The notes: generated from the letters alone by a model not told the origin. DNA of 61,300 nucleotides, filler included, from 7 parts of 7 records of this genome joined end to end with filler, not necessarily neighbours in it, one strand, 5' to 3'. Counted from the whole stretch's first letter, positions 18,715 to 30,217 are shown. Numbers and translations are program-made.

Positions 18715-19376
18715 CCTGCATTCTGGCCCTTGAAACCGCCACCGACGCCTGCTCCGTGGCGCTCTACCGTAACGGCGACATCCAGGAGCGTTTCGAACCC
18801 GGCGCGCGGCGCCAGACCGAGCGCATTCTGCCGCTGGTGGACGAGCTGCTGGCGGAAGCCGGGGTGACGCTGGCGGCGGTGGACGCGCTGGCGTTCGGCC
18901 ACGGGCCGGGCGCCTTCACCGGGGTGCGGGTGGCCACCTCGGTGGTGCAGGGCCTGGCCTTCGCCCGCGACCTGCCGGTGGCCGGCGTGTCCACCCTGGC
19001 GGCCTGCGCCCTGGCGGCGTTCGACCGCTACCCGCACCGCTCCCGCGTGCTGGCGGCGTTCGACGCGCGCATGGGCGAGCTCTATCTGGGTGCGTATCAA
19101 TGCGGCCCGGACGGCGTGGTGCCGCTGCTCGCCGATGGCCTGTTCGACCCGGACGCGGTGCCGGAACTGGACGGCGACGACTGGCTGCTGGCCGGCTCCG
19201 GCGCCGTCTACCGGGAACAGATCGCGGCCCGCGTGCGGCTGGCGGAGGTGGACGCTGACGTGGCGCCGCGCGCCGGCGCCGTGGCCCGTCTGGCACTGCC
19301 GATGGTGGCGCAGGGCCGCACCGTGCCGGCGGAACAGGCGCAACCGGTTTATCTGCGCGACCGTGTCGTGAATTAA
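18711..19376 (+). CDS. tsaB: t6A biosynthesis protein TsaB
   Basis: ILALETAT, GPGAFTGVR, DARMGELY, PVYLRD. Confidence 0.95.
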   Translation: MTCILALETATDACSVALYRNGDIQERFEPGARRQTERILPLVDELLAEAGVTLAAVDALAFGHGPGAFTGVRVATSVVQGLAFARDLPVAGVSTLAACALAAFDRYPHRSRVLAAFDARMGELYLGAYQCGPDGVVPLLADGLFDPDAVPELDGDDWLLAGSGAVYREQIAARVRLAEVDADVAPRAGAVARLALPMVAQGRTVPAEQAQPVYLRDRVVN

Positions 19377-19415
19377 GCCGCCGGAGCGCGGCACAAAAAA
19401 GGGAGAGTAATCGCG

Positions 19416-19856
19416 ATGATCCATTGGGACCTGCCGGACGTGCACCAGATCGAAGTGGTGGTGGCGCCGGAATCCATCGACGTGCTCGGCCACGTCAACA
19501 ACACCGAATACCTGCGTTACATGGAAAAGATCGCCTGGCAGCACACCCAGGTGCTGGGCCTGGGCTGGGACGAGTACCAGCGGCTCAACCGCTGCATGGT
19601 GGCGCGGCGCACCGAAGTGGACTATCTGGCGCCGGCGTTCGAAGGCGAAAAACTGCTGATCGGCACCTGGATCGTCGACAACGACCAGCGCATCAGCATC
19701 ACCCGCCGCTACCAGATCGTGCGCGAAAGCGACGGCGTAACCCTGCTGCGCGGTCGCACCAAGTGGGTGTGCGTGGCGCTGGACTCGGGCAAACCCCGGC
19801 GCATGCCGCCGGAATTTCTGACCGGCTACCGGCCCACGGCGCAGGAATCCGTTTGA
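19416..19856 (+). CDS. Acyl-CoA thioesterase (hotdog fold)
   Basis: IDVLGHVNNTEYL, DYLAPA, GKPRRMP. Confidence 0.9.
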   Translation: MIHWDLPDVHQIEVVVAPESIDVLGHVNNTEYLRYMEKIAWQHTQVLGLGWDEYQRLNRCMVARRTEVDYLAPAFEGEKLLIGTWIVDNDQRISITRRYQIVRESDGVTLLRGRTKWVCVALDSGKPRRMPPEFLTGYRPTAQESV

Positions 19857-20654
19857 ATGGATAATGTCCAGGCGTTGATTCTGGCCCTGGTTCAGGGCCT
19901 CACCGAGTTCCTGCCGATCTCCAGCTCGGCGCATTTGATCCTGCCCGCGCAGATGTTCGGCTGGCCGGATCAGGGCCTGGCGTTCGACGTGGCGGTGCAC
20001 CTGGGCACGCTGCTGGCGGTGGTGGCCTACTACCGCCGGGATCTCTGGGCGATGACCCGGGGCGCCGGCGACGGCGTCATGCAGCGGCGCATGAACCCGG
20101 ATCTGCGCCTGGGTCTGCTGGTGGTGCTGGCCACGGTGCCGGCGGTGGCGGCGGGCTTCCTGGCCAAGGATCTGATTGAAAACGAGCTGCGCTCGGCGGC
20201 GGTGATCGCCGTCACCACGGTGGTGTTCGGCGTGCTGCTGTGGCTGGCCGACGTCTACGGCGCCCGCAAGCGGGCGGTGGCCGAACTGGGCGTGGGCAGC
20301 GCGCTGCTGATCGGCGTGGCCCAGGCGGTGGCGTTGATTCCCGGCACCTCGCGCAGCGGCATCACCATCACCGCCGCGCTGGCGCTGGGCTTTCGCCGCG
20401 AGGACGCGGCGCGCTTCTCCTTCCTGCTGTCGATCCCGGTGATCCTCGGCGCCGGCCTGCTGAAAACCAAGGACCTGCTGGAAAGCACGGTGCCGGTGGA
20501 TTGGGGGCACATGGCCCTGGGCGTGGTGGTGAGCGCGGTCACCGCCTACCTGACCATCATGCTGTTCCTGCGGCTGCTGGACCGGGTCGGCATGCTGCCG
20601 TTCATGCTCTACCGCCTGTTGCTGGGGGCGGTGCTGTTGGTGTGGTTCGTGTGA
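19857..20654 (+). CDS. uppP: Undecaprenyl-diphosphatase
   Basis: [32 protein letters not shown]. Confidence 0.96.
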   Translation: MDNVQALILALVQGLTEFLPISSSAHLILPAQMFGWPDQGLAFDVAVHLGTLLAVVAYYRRDLWAMTRGAGDGVMQRRMNPDLRLGLLVVLATVPAVAAGFLAKDLIENELRSAAVIAVTTVVFGVLLWLADVYGARKRAVAELGVGSALLIGVAQAVALIPGTSRSGITITAALALGFRREDAARFSFLLSIPVILGAGLLKTKDLLESTVPVDWGHMALGVVVSAVTAYLTIMLFLRLLDRVGMLPFMLYRLLLGAVLLVWFV

Positions 20655-21400
20655 GCCTTGTGGGCCGCCTGCCCGGCGCCCCCGCCGTGGCGGGCACCGT
20701 GCCGGTGGCGTCAACGCAGGCCGCCCGCGACGGTGGCCTGGCGCTGGTGCTGGGCCCCGCCGGTGACGGCGGCGCCCTGTCGCTGTGGGACCCGGCGGAC
20801 CGCGCCACGCCGCTGAGCGTGGATTTCCTCGCCGGCCGGCAGGGCTACCGGCTGGCCGCCGACCGGGCCCGCCACGAACGGCTGGTGAAGGCACTGGGGC
20901 GCTGCCGGGACGGCGTCCAGGGGGTGCTGGACCTGACCGCCGGCCTGGCGCGGGACGCGGCGCTGATGGCCGCCGCCGGCTACCCGGTCAGCATGGTGGA
21001 ACGCCAGCCGGTGCTGCACGCGCTGATCGCCGATGCGCTGGCGCGCGCCCAGGGGCAGGGCGCCGCCGCCTTACTGACGCTGCTGGACAACGGCGACGCC
21101 GCCACGCTGACGCTGCCCGCCGGCCCCTGGCACGCGGTCTACCTGGACCCGATGTTTCCGGCCCGCGGCAAAAGCGCGGCGGTGAAGCAGGACCTGCAGT
21201 GGCTGCAGCAGCTTTGCCCCTATCCCGACGACGATGAAGAGCGCCGCCTGCTGGACGTGGCGCTGGCGGTGCCGGCCCGCAAAGTCGTCATCAAACGCCC
21301 CCGCCGCGCGCCGCCCCTGGCCGGCCGCGCCCCGCACCACGTCCTGGAAGGCAAGACCGTCCGCTTCGACGTCCACAACGGCATGGCAGTTAACAATTAA
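20651..21400 (+). CDS. rsmJ: 16S rRNA m2G1516 methyltransferase RsmJ-like
   Basis: [41 protein letters not shown] start overlapping the uppP stop. Confidence 0.88.
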   Translation: MSLVGRLPGAPAVAGTVPVASTQAARDGGLALVLGPAGDGGALSLWDPADRATPLSVDFLAGRQGYRLAADRARHERLVKALGRCRDGVQGVLDLTAGLARDAALMAAAGYPVSMVERQPVLHALIADALARAQGQGAAALLTLLDNGDAATLTLPAGPWHAVYLDPMFPARGKSAAVKQDLQWLQQLCPYPDDDEERRLLDVALAVPARKVVIKRPRRAPPLAGRAPHHVLEGKTVRFDVHNGMAVNN

Positions 21401-21423
21401 CAGTTAACAGTTAACAGTTAACA
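21387..21423 (+). repeat. Heptamer tandem repeat (CAGTTAA)n, running off the contig end
   Basis: CAGTTAA CAATTAA CAGTTAA CAGTTAA CAGTTAA CA. Confidence 0.92.
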
Positions 21424-21523
21424 NNNNNNNNNNNNNNNNNNNNNNNNNNNNNNNNNNNNNNNNNNNNTTAATTAATTAANNNNNNNNNNNNNNNNNNNNN
21501 NNNNNNNNNNNNNNNNNNNNNNN
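21424..21523. other. Artificial contig linker
   Basis: 44 N + TTAATTAATTAA + 44 N. Confidence 0.99.
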
Positions 21524-21644
21524 CCATCCGAGGAAGAAGACGACTTCGGATCGGACGCAACAGAATCAAGAATCAACCAAACCGCACACAGCCTTTGCAC
21601 GAAATGTAAAAACCGAAGAACAGAAAGCACTACGCATTACTTAC

Positions 21645-22771
21645 CTTGGCAAACTGGCCTCGCCCTTGCGCGGGGCCTTGCATGAGCTGCGTGCTTGCAT
21701 ATCCGGGATGCGCTGCCACGGAAACCACGCGATCGCCTGCTGCCTCGATGCGTCGGCAGAGTTCGAATGTGAATAGCAAGTTGCACAATTTGCTGCGCCC
21801 GTAGGCTGCCATTCGATTATAGCTTTTCTCAGACCTTAGGTTGTCAAAATCGACGTTTCCACTGCAAATGAGCGAGCACGAGCCAGGGCGAAGAGCACAG
21901 GCTGAGCCTACCAGCAGCCCCACCGCCGCCAGGTCTCGGCCATTCTTTCCGCTTTGCAACGCTACACGTGTAGGAAACAGGCTCCGCAGCATCACGGCAC
22001 CTGTCGAGGCCGCTCGTTTGCAGCTCTCGTTGACAACCTCTCTCACGACAAGGGCCGTATTTGTGCAGTAATTCTAGTATGCGCCTAGTTTCATCTTGTT
22101 TGTAGGCGACAAAAGCACGGAAAACAGCGAGCAAGGGCTCCAAAAGAAACCGGCAGAGAGGCGGCGAGGCGCAGCGCAATAAACGAGAGAAAGCAATAGC
22201 AAGCACAGGCACGCCAGCTTGCCTCGCAACAAACACGTCGGCATCGTACGCACATTTGCAGTAGCAGCAACACACAATGCCACATATTCCCCATAAGAAT
22301 AACGTACTGACGATGTGCGATGGAGCTCACGTTTACGATCCGGGAGCCGTCTGTTTGCTGTAGAAGGGCGTAGAGATGCGCAGTGAGCGCAAAGTGGCCG
22401 AGGTGATTTGTGGCAAACTGCAGCTCCACGCCGTCCGCGGAAAGCTCTTTCGGAGTCAGCATGATGCCAGCATTGTTACATAGAATGTCCAGACGGTTGA
22501 ACTTTTGCAGAAACTGGTCAGCAAACGCCTTGACAGATGCAAGACTAGAAAGATCAAGCGTCATCGAAACGACGCTGGCGCTGGGAAACTCTGATGCGAT
22601 CTTGTCGCGCGCAGCACTACCGCGCTCGGAGTTGCGGCAAGCAAGCACCACCTGGGCGCCATGCCTGGCAAGTTGGCGAGCAAACTCGAACCCGATTCCG
22701 GAGTTTGCGCCCGTGCACAGCACCACGCGGCCAGACTGGTCCGGTATGCTGTCTGCAGTGAACTTGGACAT
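21645..22771 (-). CDS. Eukaryotic spliced short-chain dehydrogenase (retinol-DH/WWOX-like); exons 22771-22308 and 21861-21645, 3' exons missing
   Basis: TGANSGIG, NNAG, NHLGHF, VSSIAH in exon 1. GTACGT donor at 22307 and TTTGCAG acceptor at 21862 join in phase (CA+T) to exon 2, which has YGRSK (YxxxK) and HPG. Next donor GTAAGT at 21644. Confidence 0.9.
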
Positions 22772-24347
22772 GTTAAATGCAGTATACACGCAAACAGCCA
22801 GCGGTACGCAAAGTGTGTCGGAGGCTGTTGCGTGGGAAGACTTCAAGGAATGTCTCACCGTGCGGCGGCGCCGGGCAAGGTCAAGCGGGCCGGGTGCGGA
22901 TTGGTTCGCGCATGTAGCTGCCATGCAAGAGGTTGGCAGCAGGGTTGGGAGCCTTTGCTTGGCACATGCACGGCGCTCGCACCCTTCTTCCTCCCAAGCG
23001 CAGCTCGTAGCTTGATTGTTGGAGGAACTCGCGCTCCAAAATCAAATCCTTATTGCATCCACGCAAATGCATCTACGTGCATCACATTTACCCAGTTTTG
23101 CTGAAGAGTTGGAACATGTTATTGGCACTGAGCGAGCTAATGGCCGGAAAGCTTGCTCACGCTTGGATGAAGCAGAGGTTAGGTTTGCCGCTCTTCCGGA
23201 TTCCGAATGCAAATGCGATGTAAAAACGAGAGGGAGGCGAAACACACTCGCCAGAACTAACCAAGAAATAGCATTCCTTTTGATGCGGTGTCAAATGTGG
23301 ATGTTGGGCGCTGTGGAGCAGTGTACGTGCGCCACACCGGTCTGAAGTTGAGCGCGCGCTCGGTATCGTTCACTACACCCAGCCCACAGAAACGTCTGCA
23401 GAGAACATTCGATTTGCAGAGGCGCGAGGTTAAGGGGATCTGGGAGAGGGAGCTACACTGTGTTTGTCGTACATATTCGCTTTCGGATGGTTGCTGAGCT
23501 CTCGGGAAAACGCGCTTACGAGCTGTTTAGCAACAGACCTAGGGGTTAGCGTAGAGTGGAAGAGTCGTGAGCACCTAGTCATGCGCCAGGATCGGTGCGC
23601 GCGCCGCATGACCCCTTTATTGTACGATTTTTTCATGAAAAAAATCGCTAACAAGTAGTACTGAATCTTGGCACGGGTCGAATCACGCGGGGTTCTACAC
23701 ACTAGAGGTAAGCTATCACGTGGCCATTGTGCGCCACCTACCTTTTCCAGGCTTACTCTCGCTCATGTGAGCGTCGTGAAAGCATCAGTGCATTGATTGC
23801 CGTGCGTTCTTTCGCGTGTATTGTCACAGGCACGGCAGATCTCTAACCTAACAGTCCAGTGGCAATTGGCACAATGCTCTCTTTCCCTGCCGTTCTGCGC
23901 GCTGGCTTTTCAGTCCAACGCTTCCGAGGCGCTCGACACGCATGCCCTTGCCAACCAGCACCGATTTCTTCCGACCAGCAGTTCTGCGAACTGCTGGTAC
24001 TGCGTATCGGAGAGAGAATATGCGCAGTCCACCTCCACCCTGCTCGCAAGCCAGTTTCACTCCGGTAGACGACATGTGAAGCGCTTTCTTCTCACAGAGA
24101 ATCAGCGAGCACTCATTATTCGTTCCACGAGTAACAAGGTGCAAGCTCTACTCTGGGTCGCATTCAAAAAAAATATAGAACAATACCAAACCAAAAACAG
24201 CAGCGCACAGATAGCAAACTTGTTTCAAGATAAGGAACGTACATCGCTGTGCTCACGCAAGCGAGACTAACCAAGCCCAAGCCATTATTTTCCGTCTTGG
24301 CGACGCTTGTCACGGCCTTGTGTGCACAGGATGCACAGTTGGCGTTT

Positions 24348-27300
24348 CTAAACAGTGCCCCCAGGTTGCAGCTCTACACCGCCAGAAGCTGCAGTAGTCT
24401 TCTGTTGATGCTCTTGTTCTGTCCACTCAATCTCCTTCCTGTGTACTTTCGTGTCGGAATTTCGAGAGAGAATCTTCAACTTTTTAGCTTTTTGCGCCAC
24501 GCGGTAAAGGACGAGAAACGCAAGTGGTGTAACAACTAATGCTGATTGCAAACTTCGCAACTGGCTTGAAATCTCTTCCGCTCGGCCAGTGGGCACGGAG
24601 CCTTCCACAACATACACCGCGTTGCGTACGTTGACCACCGCAATAACCGTTTGAAAGAGCTGCAGGAACCCTTCGAATACATTTGTTGTTGCTTTGCGAT
24701 ACGGAATCACAGCACAGTGGATCATCAATGAAAAGACACTTAGCACTGCAAGTGTAATGGCGCGTTGGAGCACATCCGAAGTGAATACAAATACCGACAC
24801 AAAGATCAAGCGGCGACCAAGGAGCACGCACTGCCAATATCGCCGGTTTTCTGTAAACGAGTATTCGAGCAGCTCAATTTGGTGCAATGCATTCCCGCTG
24901 CCTCGCCGCAGGCGCTTGTGCCACCAATAGAGTACAAACGGAAATGCGTAGAGCAAGATGAGAATAAAGAAGAGAAATACTTGCCACGGTGTGTAGCAGA
25001 CTGTTTCAGCAGAAAGAAACAGTCTTTTTTCACCTGCAATATCAACGCAGTGCAACAAAGCAAACGTGTTTTTGAGCAGCGACACGTACGTGACAAAAAG
25101 CATGGCAAGCAGAGAGGTTTTGTACCTTTGTAGGAGCTTTTCTCGCCGAAACAGACTTTTTTCCAGCGCAAACAAGATTAGAACTGATACCATGAGGAGA
25201 CAAGGGATAAGCAAGTTGAGAAGAACTTTTCCAATCGACCCAAGACCCACGACAGGGCACAGCCCACTAGATTCGTCTGTCTCGTCGGCTGCAGTGCGCG
25301 ATGACCCCGTTGAAGGTACACGAAAGTTGAACAAATCTGTAAAGGCTATCTCCCAAAGCTCAGAATTCGACACCGAAACGAGTAATAGGGGCACCATCTG
25401 ATAGAAATTGAATAGCGCGCCCGTCATGCCCGAAGTGCGCGTCTTCTTTCCAAACATGTACCACGCGATCGTAGCACCTGCGATTACAATGGCACTGAAA
25501 TAATAGTACCACTGGCCGCACTTGTCGTTTCGCACACAGGCAGGGGACGAGTAAAGCTCTGAGTAGCCATCTTTGCACTCGCCGCACAGTACACCTGCAC
25601 GGCCGCCAGCGCAATAGTTGTATGGCGTGCATTCTTCCGGACCCGGACAGCAATAGCCATGCGGGCATGCGTAGACCGATACGCGCGCGCCTCCCTCAGC
25701 AGCATGGGTACCCCAATACCCAGCTCTTACACTGACGCTATTTGCACCGCGTGATACTGCTCCGTAAGGAACATCGGTACATGACACGTTCAGATTCGTA
25801 GAGGAGCCACTCTCTAAGGAATATGATCCCTGTGGGCATCCTCGACAAGCTGATACGAAAATATCATACAGACAGCAGGGTCCCTGTGTGATTGACCACG
25901 GCAAACTTGCTGTATCAAGCGTCGACACTGACTCGGAGTACCGATAGCCTGGCAAACACGCAGTTGTTACATTGTTGAAGTGGCGCGAAGTTGTTTGATC
26001 AACCAGAATTACGGTTGATGATTCAGCTGCAGCAAGAATGTGGGTATCGTTTAGCGAAAGCTGTCCCCTGCTCTGCACTGCAAGTGCAGAGCCTTCAAGC
26101 TGGGTGCTGCTACATCGTTCCAAGGTGCAGGCGACACAAGAGAGCTCGGCTGTGCCGTAGGAATATATGCCACCTCCAACGCGGCTTGCCGCCGCCTCTA
26201 CTATCGTAACGTTCCGAAAGACGTGCTTTCCGTTTTCGATAGCAATCGCTCCACCGTATGCTGCGCTTGTTCCGTGTATAGCCACATCAGCTATCAAAGA
26301 AGTGCAATTGCGGTGCCACGAGGCGCGGCTCTGCACCTGGCACGGAGGGCTAGAGCACGGCACCACGTACGTGTCATCGACAGGACAGGTAACCGAGATC
26401 CCTCCCCCGTACGAGGATGTACCCTGTGCAACCGTATTCCAAACTGCGATGTTGGTCACTGAAAATGATATAGTGGATGTTTCGATCGGAAGAAGGCACG
26501 ATAGATCGACAGCGACTCCGCGAATCTTGGCAGTGCTATCTCGTACGGTCACTGCGCCCCCAACGTGCACACTAACACTATGAGCTCTTGTACCAAAGAA
26601 GCCTACATAGATTGCGGACCCCCGATCTGCGCTTGCATTCTTCACTTTGATGATCGCGTCAATAACAACATCTGTCTCCCACACATCCGACACGTACGCA
26701 AGAAACAGTCCAGCTCCTTGCCTTGCAGCGCGGTTGTTTTCGAAGTCATAGTTTCCGTGGACTGTTACGCGGCAGGAATTACACACAGAAAGTGAAATGG
26801 CAAGCGCAGCGCCAAATCCCTGGGTAGAACAATTTACGAAAACCATGGAGGCATCAAAGTACAACGAGATATTCTGCGCAATATTGTTGGCAACGATCGC
26901 ATATGCTCCCCCAGAATCGAGGGATGAAGAGTTGTGAATGCTCCAAGAGCCTCGAGATGCGATTGTGCAGCTCTGGGTTTCATTGAGCATGACAACGACT
27001 CCGCCCCCAGATTGCTTAGCTGTGGAATTATCCACTGCTACATTCCAATGGAAATCCAACATTCCGTTACTCCAGCGTTGGAAAATAATAGCAACCGCTC
27101 CTCCTATATCGGTTGCATGCGAATTACGTATCATATGAGTTCCTCCCAGGCGAGCAGTGCTTCGCACAGCGTGTCCTGCGAAAACTAGCGCAATAGCACC
27201 CCCGCCTCGCCCGCTGGTGGAGTCAAACACACTTGCCCCGCCAAACGTAAATGTGCAGTTTTCGGTCTGACCAGCAAACGTGATTGCGATGCCACCCCCA

Positions 27301-29510
27301 AAACCATTTTCTGAGCTTGAATTGCTGATATCGATTCTGCTGTCGACAACCAAAGAGCTGTTCGCAGACGAGAATGCGTATGTGATGCTGATCGCCCCGC
27401 CCATTCTCATGCCACGTGAGTTGCGAGAAACAAAACTCCCGCCGACAACAACTGCATGTCCAACAACGGGGCGATCATAGTAAATTGACAGACCACCCCC
27501 TGCAACCGCTGCAAGTCCGCTATCTATGACCAGGTTTGCAGATATACTCGTTTCACCTCCAATCGTCTGCCCTTGGTCCAAGGCCAGACAGCCGCCCATG
27601 TGCCCACTTTTGCAGCTTACAAAATTCCCTGTACCCGAAATCGCTATCCTGTTTCTGGTAGAAGCAGTTTCCACAAGAATCGATATGGCGCCACCACTTT
27701 CACTCGCAGATGTGCCTCGGACTGTGTAATTACCCGATATAGAAATTAGCGAGTCAGAAATAGTATCGTAAGCTAACCATACAGCTCCACCGCTTGAACC
27801 TGCTGAACACCGCTCGAAAACGGATACACCGCTCAGCGAAAAGGCTCCCTCCAATGTACTTTCTTGATAGCTGGCTATCGCTCCCCCACCAAGCCCTGCG
27901 AACATGTCGCGAAAGGTAGTATTGCCATCTATTTCGAAGCGAAGGTGAGCTGCGACAGAGCGCGTCAGGACAGAGATACCTCCACCCATGCCCCCAGCAG
28001 CCATACCCTTGCTGCAAGTGAATTCCCCGCGCACGGCAAGTTGTGTGTGAAATAGATAGCCTGAACCAAAGACAGACACGGCTCCACCGTTGATTGCTGC
28101 TCGTGTGTTGAAAAATTCCGTTGTACCTGTGAAGAGCAAACTACTGTAGAGGACATATCCTGCTTCATACAAGAAGACAGAGCCACCGGAGCTCATTGAA
28201 GAAGATTCGTGAAACTTGTTCGTACCAGAGAACGATACAGTGCTGTTGTACACATGCGCAAGGTACACAACGGCAATAACCCCGCCACTCCCGCCAGCCG
28301 AGGAATTTCTACTCAATGTTGTTCCTTTAAAGGCGACATACTGATGCGTCGTTGACATGCGATGGCTGAGCAGAAGGGCGCCGCCGTCTCTTCCAGCTGT
28401 TGAATTAGTAAACTCCTGCAGTCCTACCGCGTCAACAAGCGTGCCGGTTGCCTGCGAGTGGAAAAATAGATCCATTGCCCCTCCGTCCTGGGCGGCAGTT
28501 GTGTCGTGAAAAAGGACCTGCCCCGTCATTAAGACCTGAAACCTTGCTGAATCGCCATGAATATACAGAGATACGCCTCCTCCAAATCGTGCGTGTGTAT
28601 CTTTGAACCTGAGCGCATCGCTCTGCGAGAGCAAAGGTAGTTTCTGGCGCGACTGTCGCCACGCAGTTGTTCCCCGAGGGGGCTGGCTCTGATTCCCTGC
28701 TGACATTGTATGCCCCTCGTTGCCTGACATTTGGAAAAGACAATCGGTAGCTTTGCCTTGAAAATACAGAGAAACTGCCCCACCGAAACCATTGCCAACA
28801 GTACGAGTGCTGACATTTGCAAATAAGCTGGATTGCAAATGCACGCGGGCACCTTGCGTGTCTCTAGTGTATCGTACCCCTAGGCAACCGCCAAAGGAGA
28901 GTGATCTCGAGTCACGGCAGATGGATTGCGTGAAAGTGACATTCTGGACATCATAGAGCTCCAAGCAGCCACCGCGCTCCGCAACACAGCGAAGAAGCTC
29001 AACCCCGCGGATAGTCAGTGCGGTTGGTCCGTTCCCAGTGCAGTTCATCCGAAGCACCTGGCGGGCGCCGTTGCAATCCAGTGCCGCGCGTTCCGTCTCC
29101 ACGGAGCTGGCAATTGTAATATTCGCACACAAAGTAATATTTGGACATGAGTACGGCTCTGATTTCGGTTCTAAAAGGACAATTGTATGTACAGCGTGCC
29201 CTCTCGCTGCCAGGGCAGCAGTCAGAGTCGAGCACGCCTCGACACCTGGTGCGCGGCCACAATGCGTTGAGTTGGTTCCTTGCTCAGACACATACACAAT
29301 CGAGGGGGGTGTCTCACGTATCAGACTCGGCTCTGCGCGAGCATCTTTAGCTTGCACGGCATGCCCAGAATACGCTGTCACAATCAGAAGCATGCATGAT
29401 ATCCGGCACCAATCTTGCAAGTTGTAAAGGTACTTTACCGCAAGTTTAGTGCTGGGGGCTTTCAGCGGGAAGGAAGCTGACTTTCCTGCGCGCTGTTCAG
29501 GTAGCGCCAT
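24348..29510 (-). CDS. Large eukaryotic membrane protein: Pmp-like GG[AG]h beta-helix repeats, Cys-rich domain, ~7-TM C-terminus
   Basis: 1720-aa uninterrupted ORF, more than 20 GGxh repeats at ~30-35 aa spacing, CPHGYCC..GRAGVLCGECKDGYS, multiple hydrophobic helices near the C-terminus. Confidence 0.88.
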   Translation of the reverse strand: MALPEQRAGKSASFPLKAPSTKLAVKYLYNLQDWCRISCMLLIVTAYSGHAVQAKDARAEPSLIRETPPSIVYVSEQGTNSTHCGRAPGVEACSTLTAALAARGHAVHTIVLLEPKSEPYSCPNITLCANITIASSVETERAALDCNGARQVLRMNCTGNGPTALTIRGVELLRCVAERGGCLELYDVQNVTFTQSICRDSRSLSFGGCLGVRYTRDTQGARVHLQSSLFANVSTRTVGNGFGGAVSLYFQGKATDCLFQMSGNEGHTMSAGNQSQPPRGTTAWRQSRQKLPLLSQSDALRFKDTHARFGGGVSLYIHGDSARFQVLMTGQVLFHDTTAAQDGGAMDLFFHSQATGTLVDAVGLQEFTNSTAGRDGGALLLSHRMSTTHQYVAFKGTTLSRNSSAGGSGGVIAVVYLAHVYNSTVSFSGTNKFHESSSMSSGGSVFLYEAGYVLYSSLLFTGTTEFFNTRAAINGGAVSVFGSGYLFHTQLAVRGEFTCSKGMAAGGMGGGISVLTRSVAAHLRFEIDGNTTFRDMFAGLGGGAIASYQESTLEGAFSLSGVSVFERCSAGSSGGAVWLAYDTISDSLISISGNYTVRGTSASESGGAISILVETASTRNRIAISGTGNFVSCKSGHMGGCLALDQGQTIGGETSISANLVIDSGLAAVAGGGLSIYYDRPVVGHAVVVGGSFVSRNSRGMRMGGAISITYAFSSANSSLVVDSRIDISNSSSENGFGGGIAITFAGQTENCTFTFGGASVFDSTSGRGGGAIALVFAGHAVRSTARLGGTHMIRNSHATDIGGAVAIIFQRWSNGMLDFHWNVAVDNSTAKQSGGGVVVMLNETQSCTIASRGSWSIHNSSSLDSGGAYAIVANNIAQNISLYFDASMVFVNCSTQGFGAALAISLSVCNSCRVTVHGNYDFENNRAARQGAGLFLAYVSDVWETDVVIDAIIKVKNASADRGSAIYVGFFGTRAHSVSVHVGGAVTVRDSTAKIRGVAVDLSCLLPIETSTISFSVTNIAVWNTVAQGTSSYGGGISVTCPVDDTYVVPCSSPPCQVQSRASWHRNCTSLIADVAIHGTSAAYGGAIAIENGKHVFRNVTIVEAAASRVGGGIYSYGTAELSCVACTLERCSSTQLEGSALAVQSRGQLSLNDTHILAAAESSTVILVDQTTSRHFNNVTTACLPGYRYSESVSTLDTASLPWSITQGPCCLYDIFVSACRGCPQGSYSLESGSSTNLNVSCTDVPYGAVSRGANSVSVRAGYWGTHAAEGGARVSVYACPHGYCCPGPEECTPYNYCAGGRAGVLCGECKDGYSELYSSPACVRNDKCGQWYYYFSAIVIAGATIAWYMFGKKTRTSGMTGALFNFYQMVPLLLVSVSNSELWEIAFTDLFNFRVPSTGSSRTAADETDESSGLCPVVGLGSIGKVLLNLLIPCLLMVSVLILFALEKSLFRREKLLQRYKTSLLAMLFVTYVSLLKNTFALLHCVDIAGEKRLFLSAETVCYTPWQVFLFFILILLYAFPFVLYWWHKRLRRGSGNALHQIELLEYSFTENRRYWQCVLLGRRLIFVSVFVFTSDVLQRAITLAVLSVFSLMIHCAVIPYRKATTNVFEGFLQLFQTVIAVVNVRNAVYVVEGSVPTGRAEEISSQLRSLQSALVVTPLAFLVLYRVAQKAKKLKILSRNSDTKVHRKEIEWTEQEHQQKTTAASGGVELQPGGTV

Positions 29511-29660
29511 GGAAGGGGACAGCTGTGCTGAGCTCTGGAAAAATGCGCAGCGCTGGAGTTAGACGGTGGGGCCGCAAGGGCAAACCAAAGTTCATTGGTT
29601 CGACATGCTAGTTTTAATATTAGACAGAACTGGTTAGATAGAGGCAAAAATGCCTTCTAT

Positions 29661-29760
29661 NNNNNNNNNNNNNNNNNNNNNNNNNNNNNNNNNNNNNNNN
29701 NNNNTTAATTAATTAANNNNNNNNNNNNNNNNNNNNNNNNNNNNNNNNNNNNNNNNNNNN
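29661..29760. other. Artificial contig linker
   Basis: 44 N + TTAATTAATTAA + 44 N. Confidence 0.99.
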
Positions 29761-29761
29761 C

Positions 29762-30211
29762 GATGCGGGCCTGACCGGGCGCAAGATCATTGTTGATACG
29801 TATGGCGGCGCGGCCCCTCATGGCGGCGGTGCGTTCTCCGGCAAAGATCCCTCCAAGGTCGACCGTTCCGCAGCCTATGCTACGCGCTACCTTGCCAAGA
29901 ACGTCGTCGCGGCAGGACTGGCCGACCGTTGCACCATTCAGGTCAGCTACGCGATTGGTGTGGCTCAACCCCTCTCCATCTATGTCGACACCCACGGAAC
30001 CGGCAATGTGGACGAAGAACGCATTGCGAAATCGCTGCGGGAACTGTTTGACCTGTCCCCCAAGGGGATTCGCACACACCTGAATCTGAACCGTCCGATC
30101 TATGGGCCATCTGCGGCCTATGGCCACTTTGGCCGCACACCGACAGACGCAGGCGGATTCAGCTGGGAAAAGACAGACCTCGTGGACGAACTCAAGCGCC
30201 TCACGAACTAG
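29762..30211 (+). CDS. metK: S-adenosylmethionine synthase, C-terminal fragment
   Basis: [45 protein letters not shown]. Confidence 0.97.
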   Translation, partial: DAGLTGRKIIVDTYGGAAPHGGGAFSGKDPSKVDRSAAYATRYLAKNVVAAGLADRCTIQVSYAIGVAQPLSIYVDTHGTGNVDEERIAKSLRELFDLSPKGIRTHLNLNRPIYGPSAAYGHFGRTPTDAGGFSWEKTDLVDELKRLTN

Positions 30212-30217
30212 CCAATC

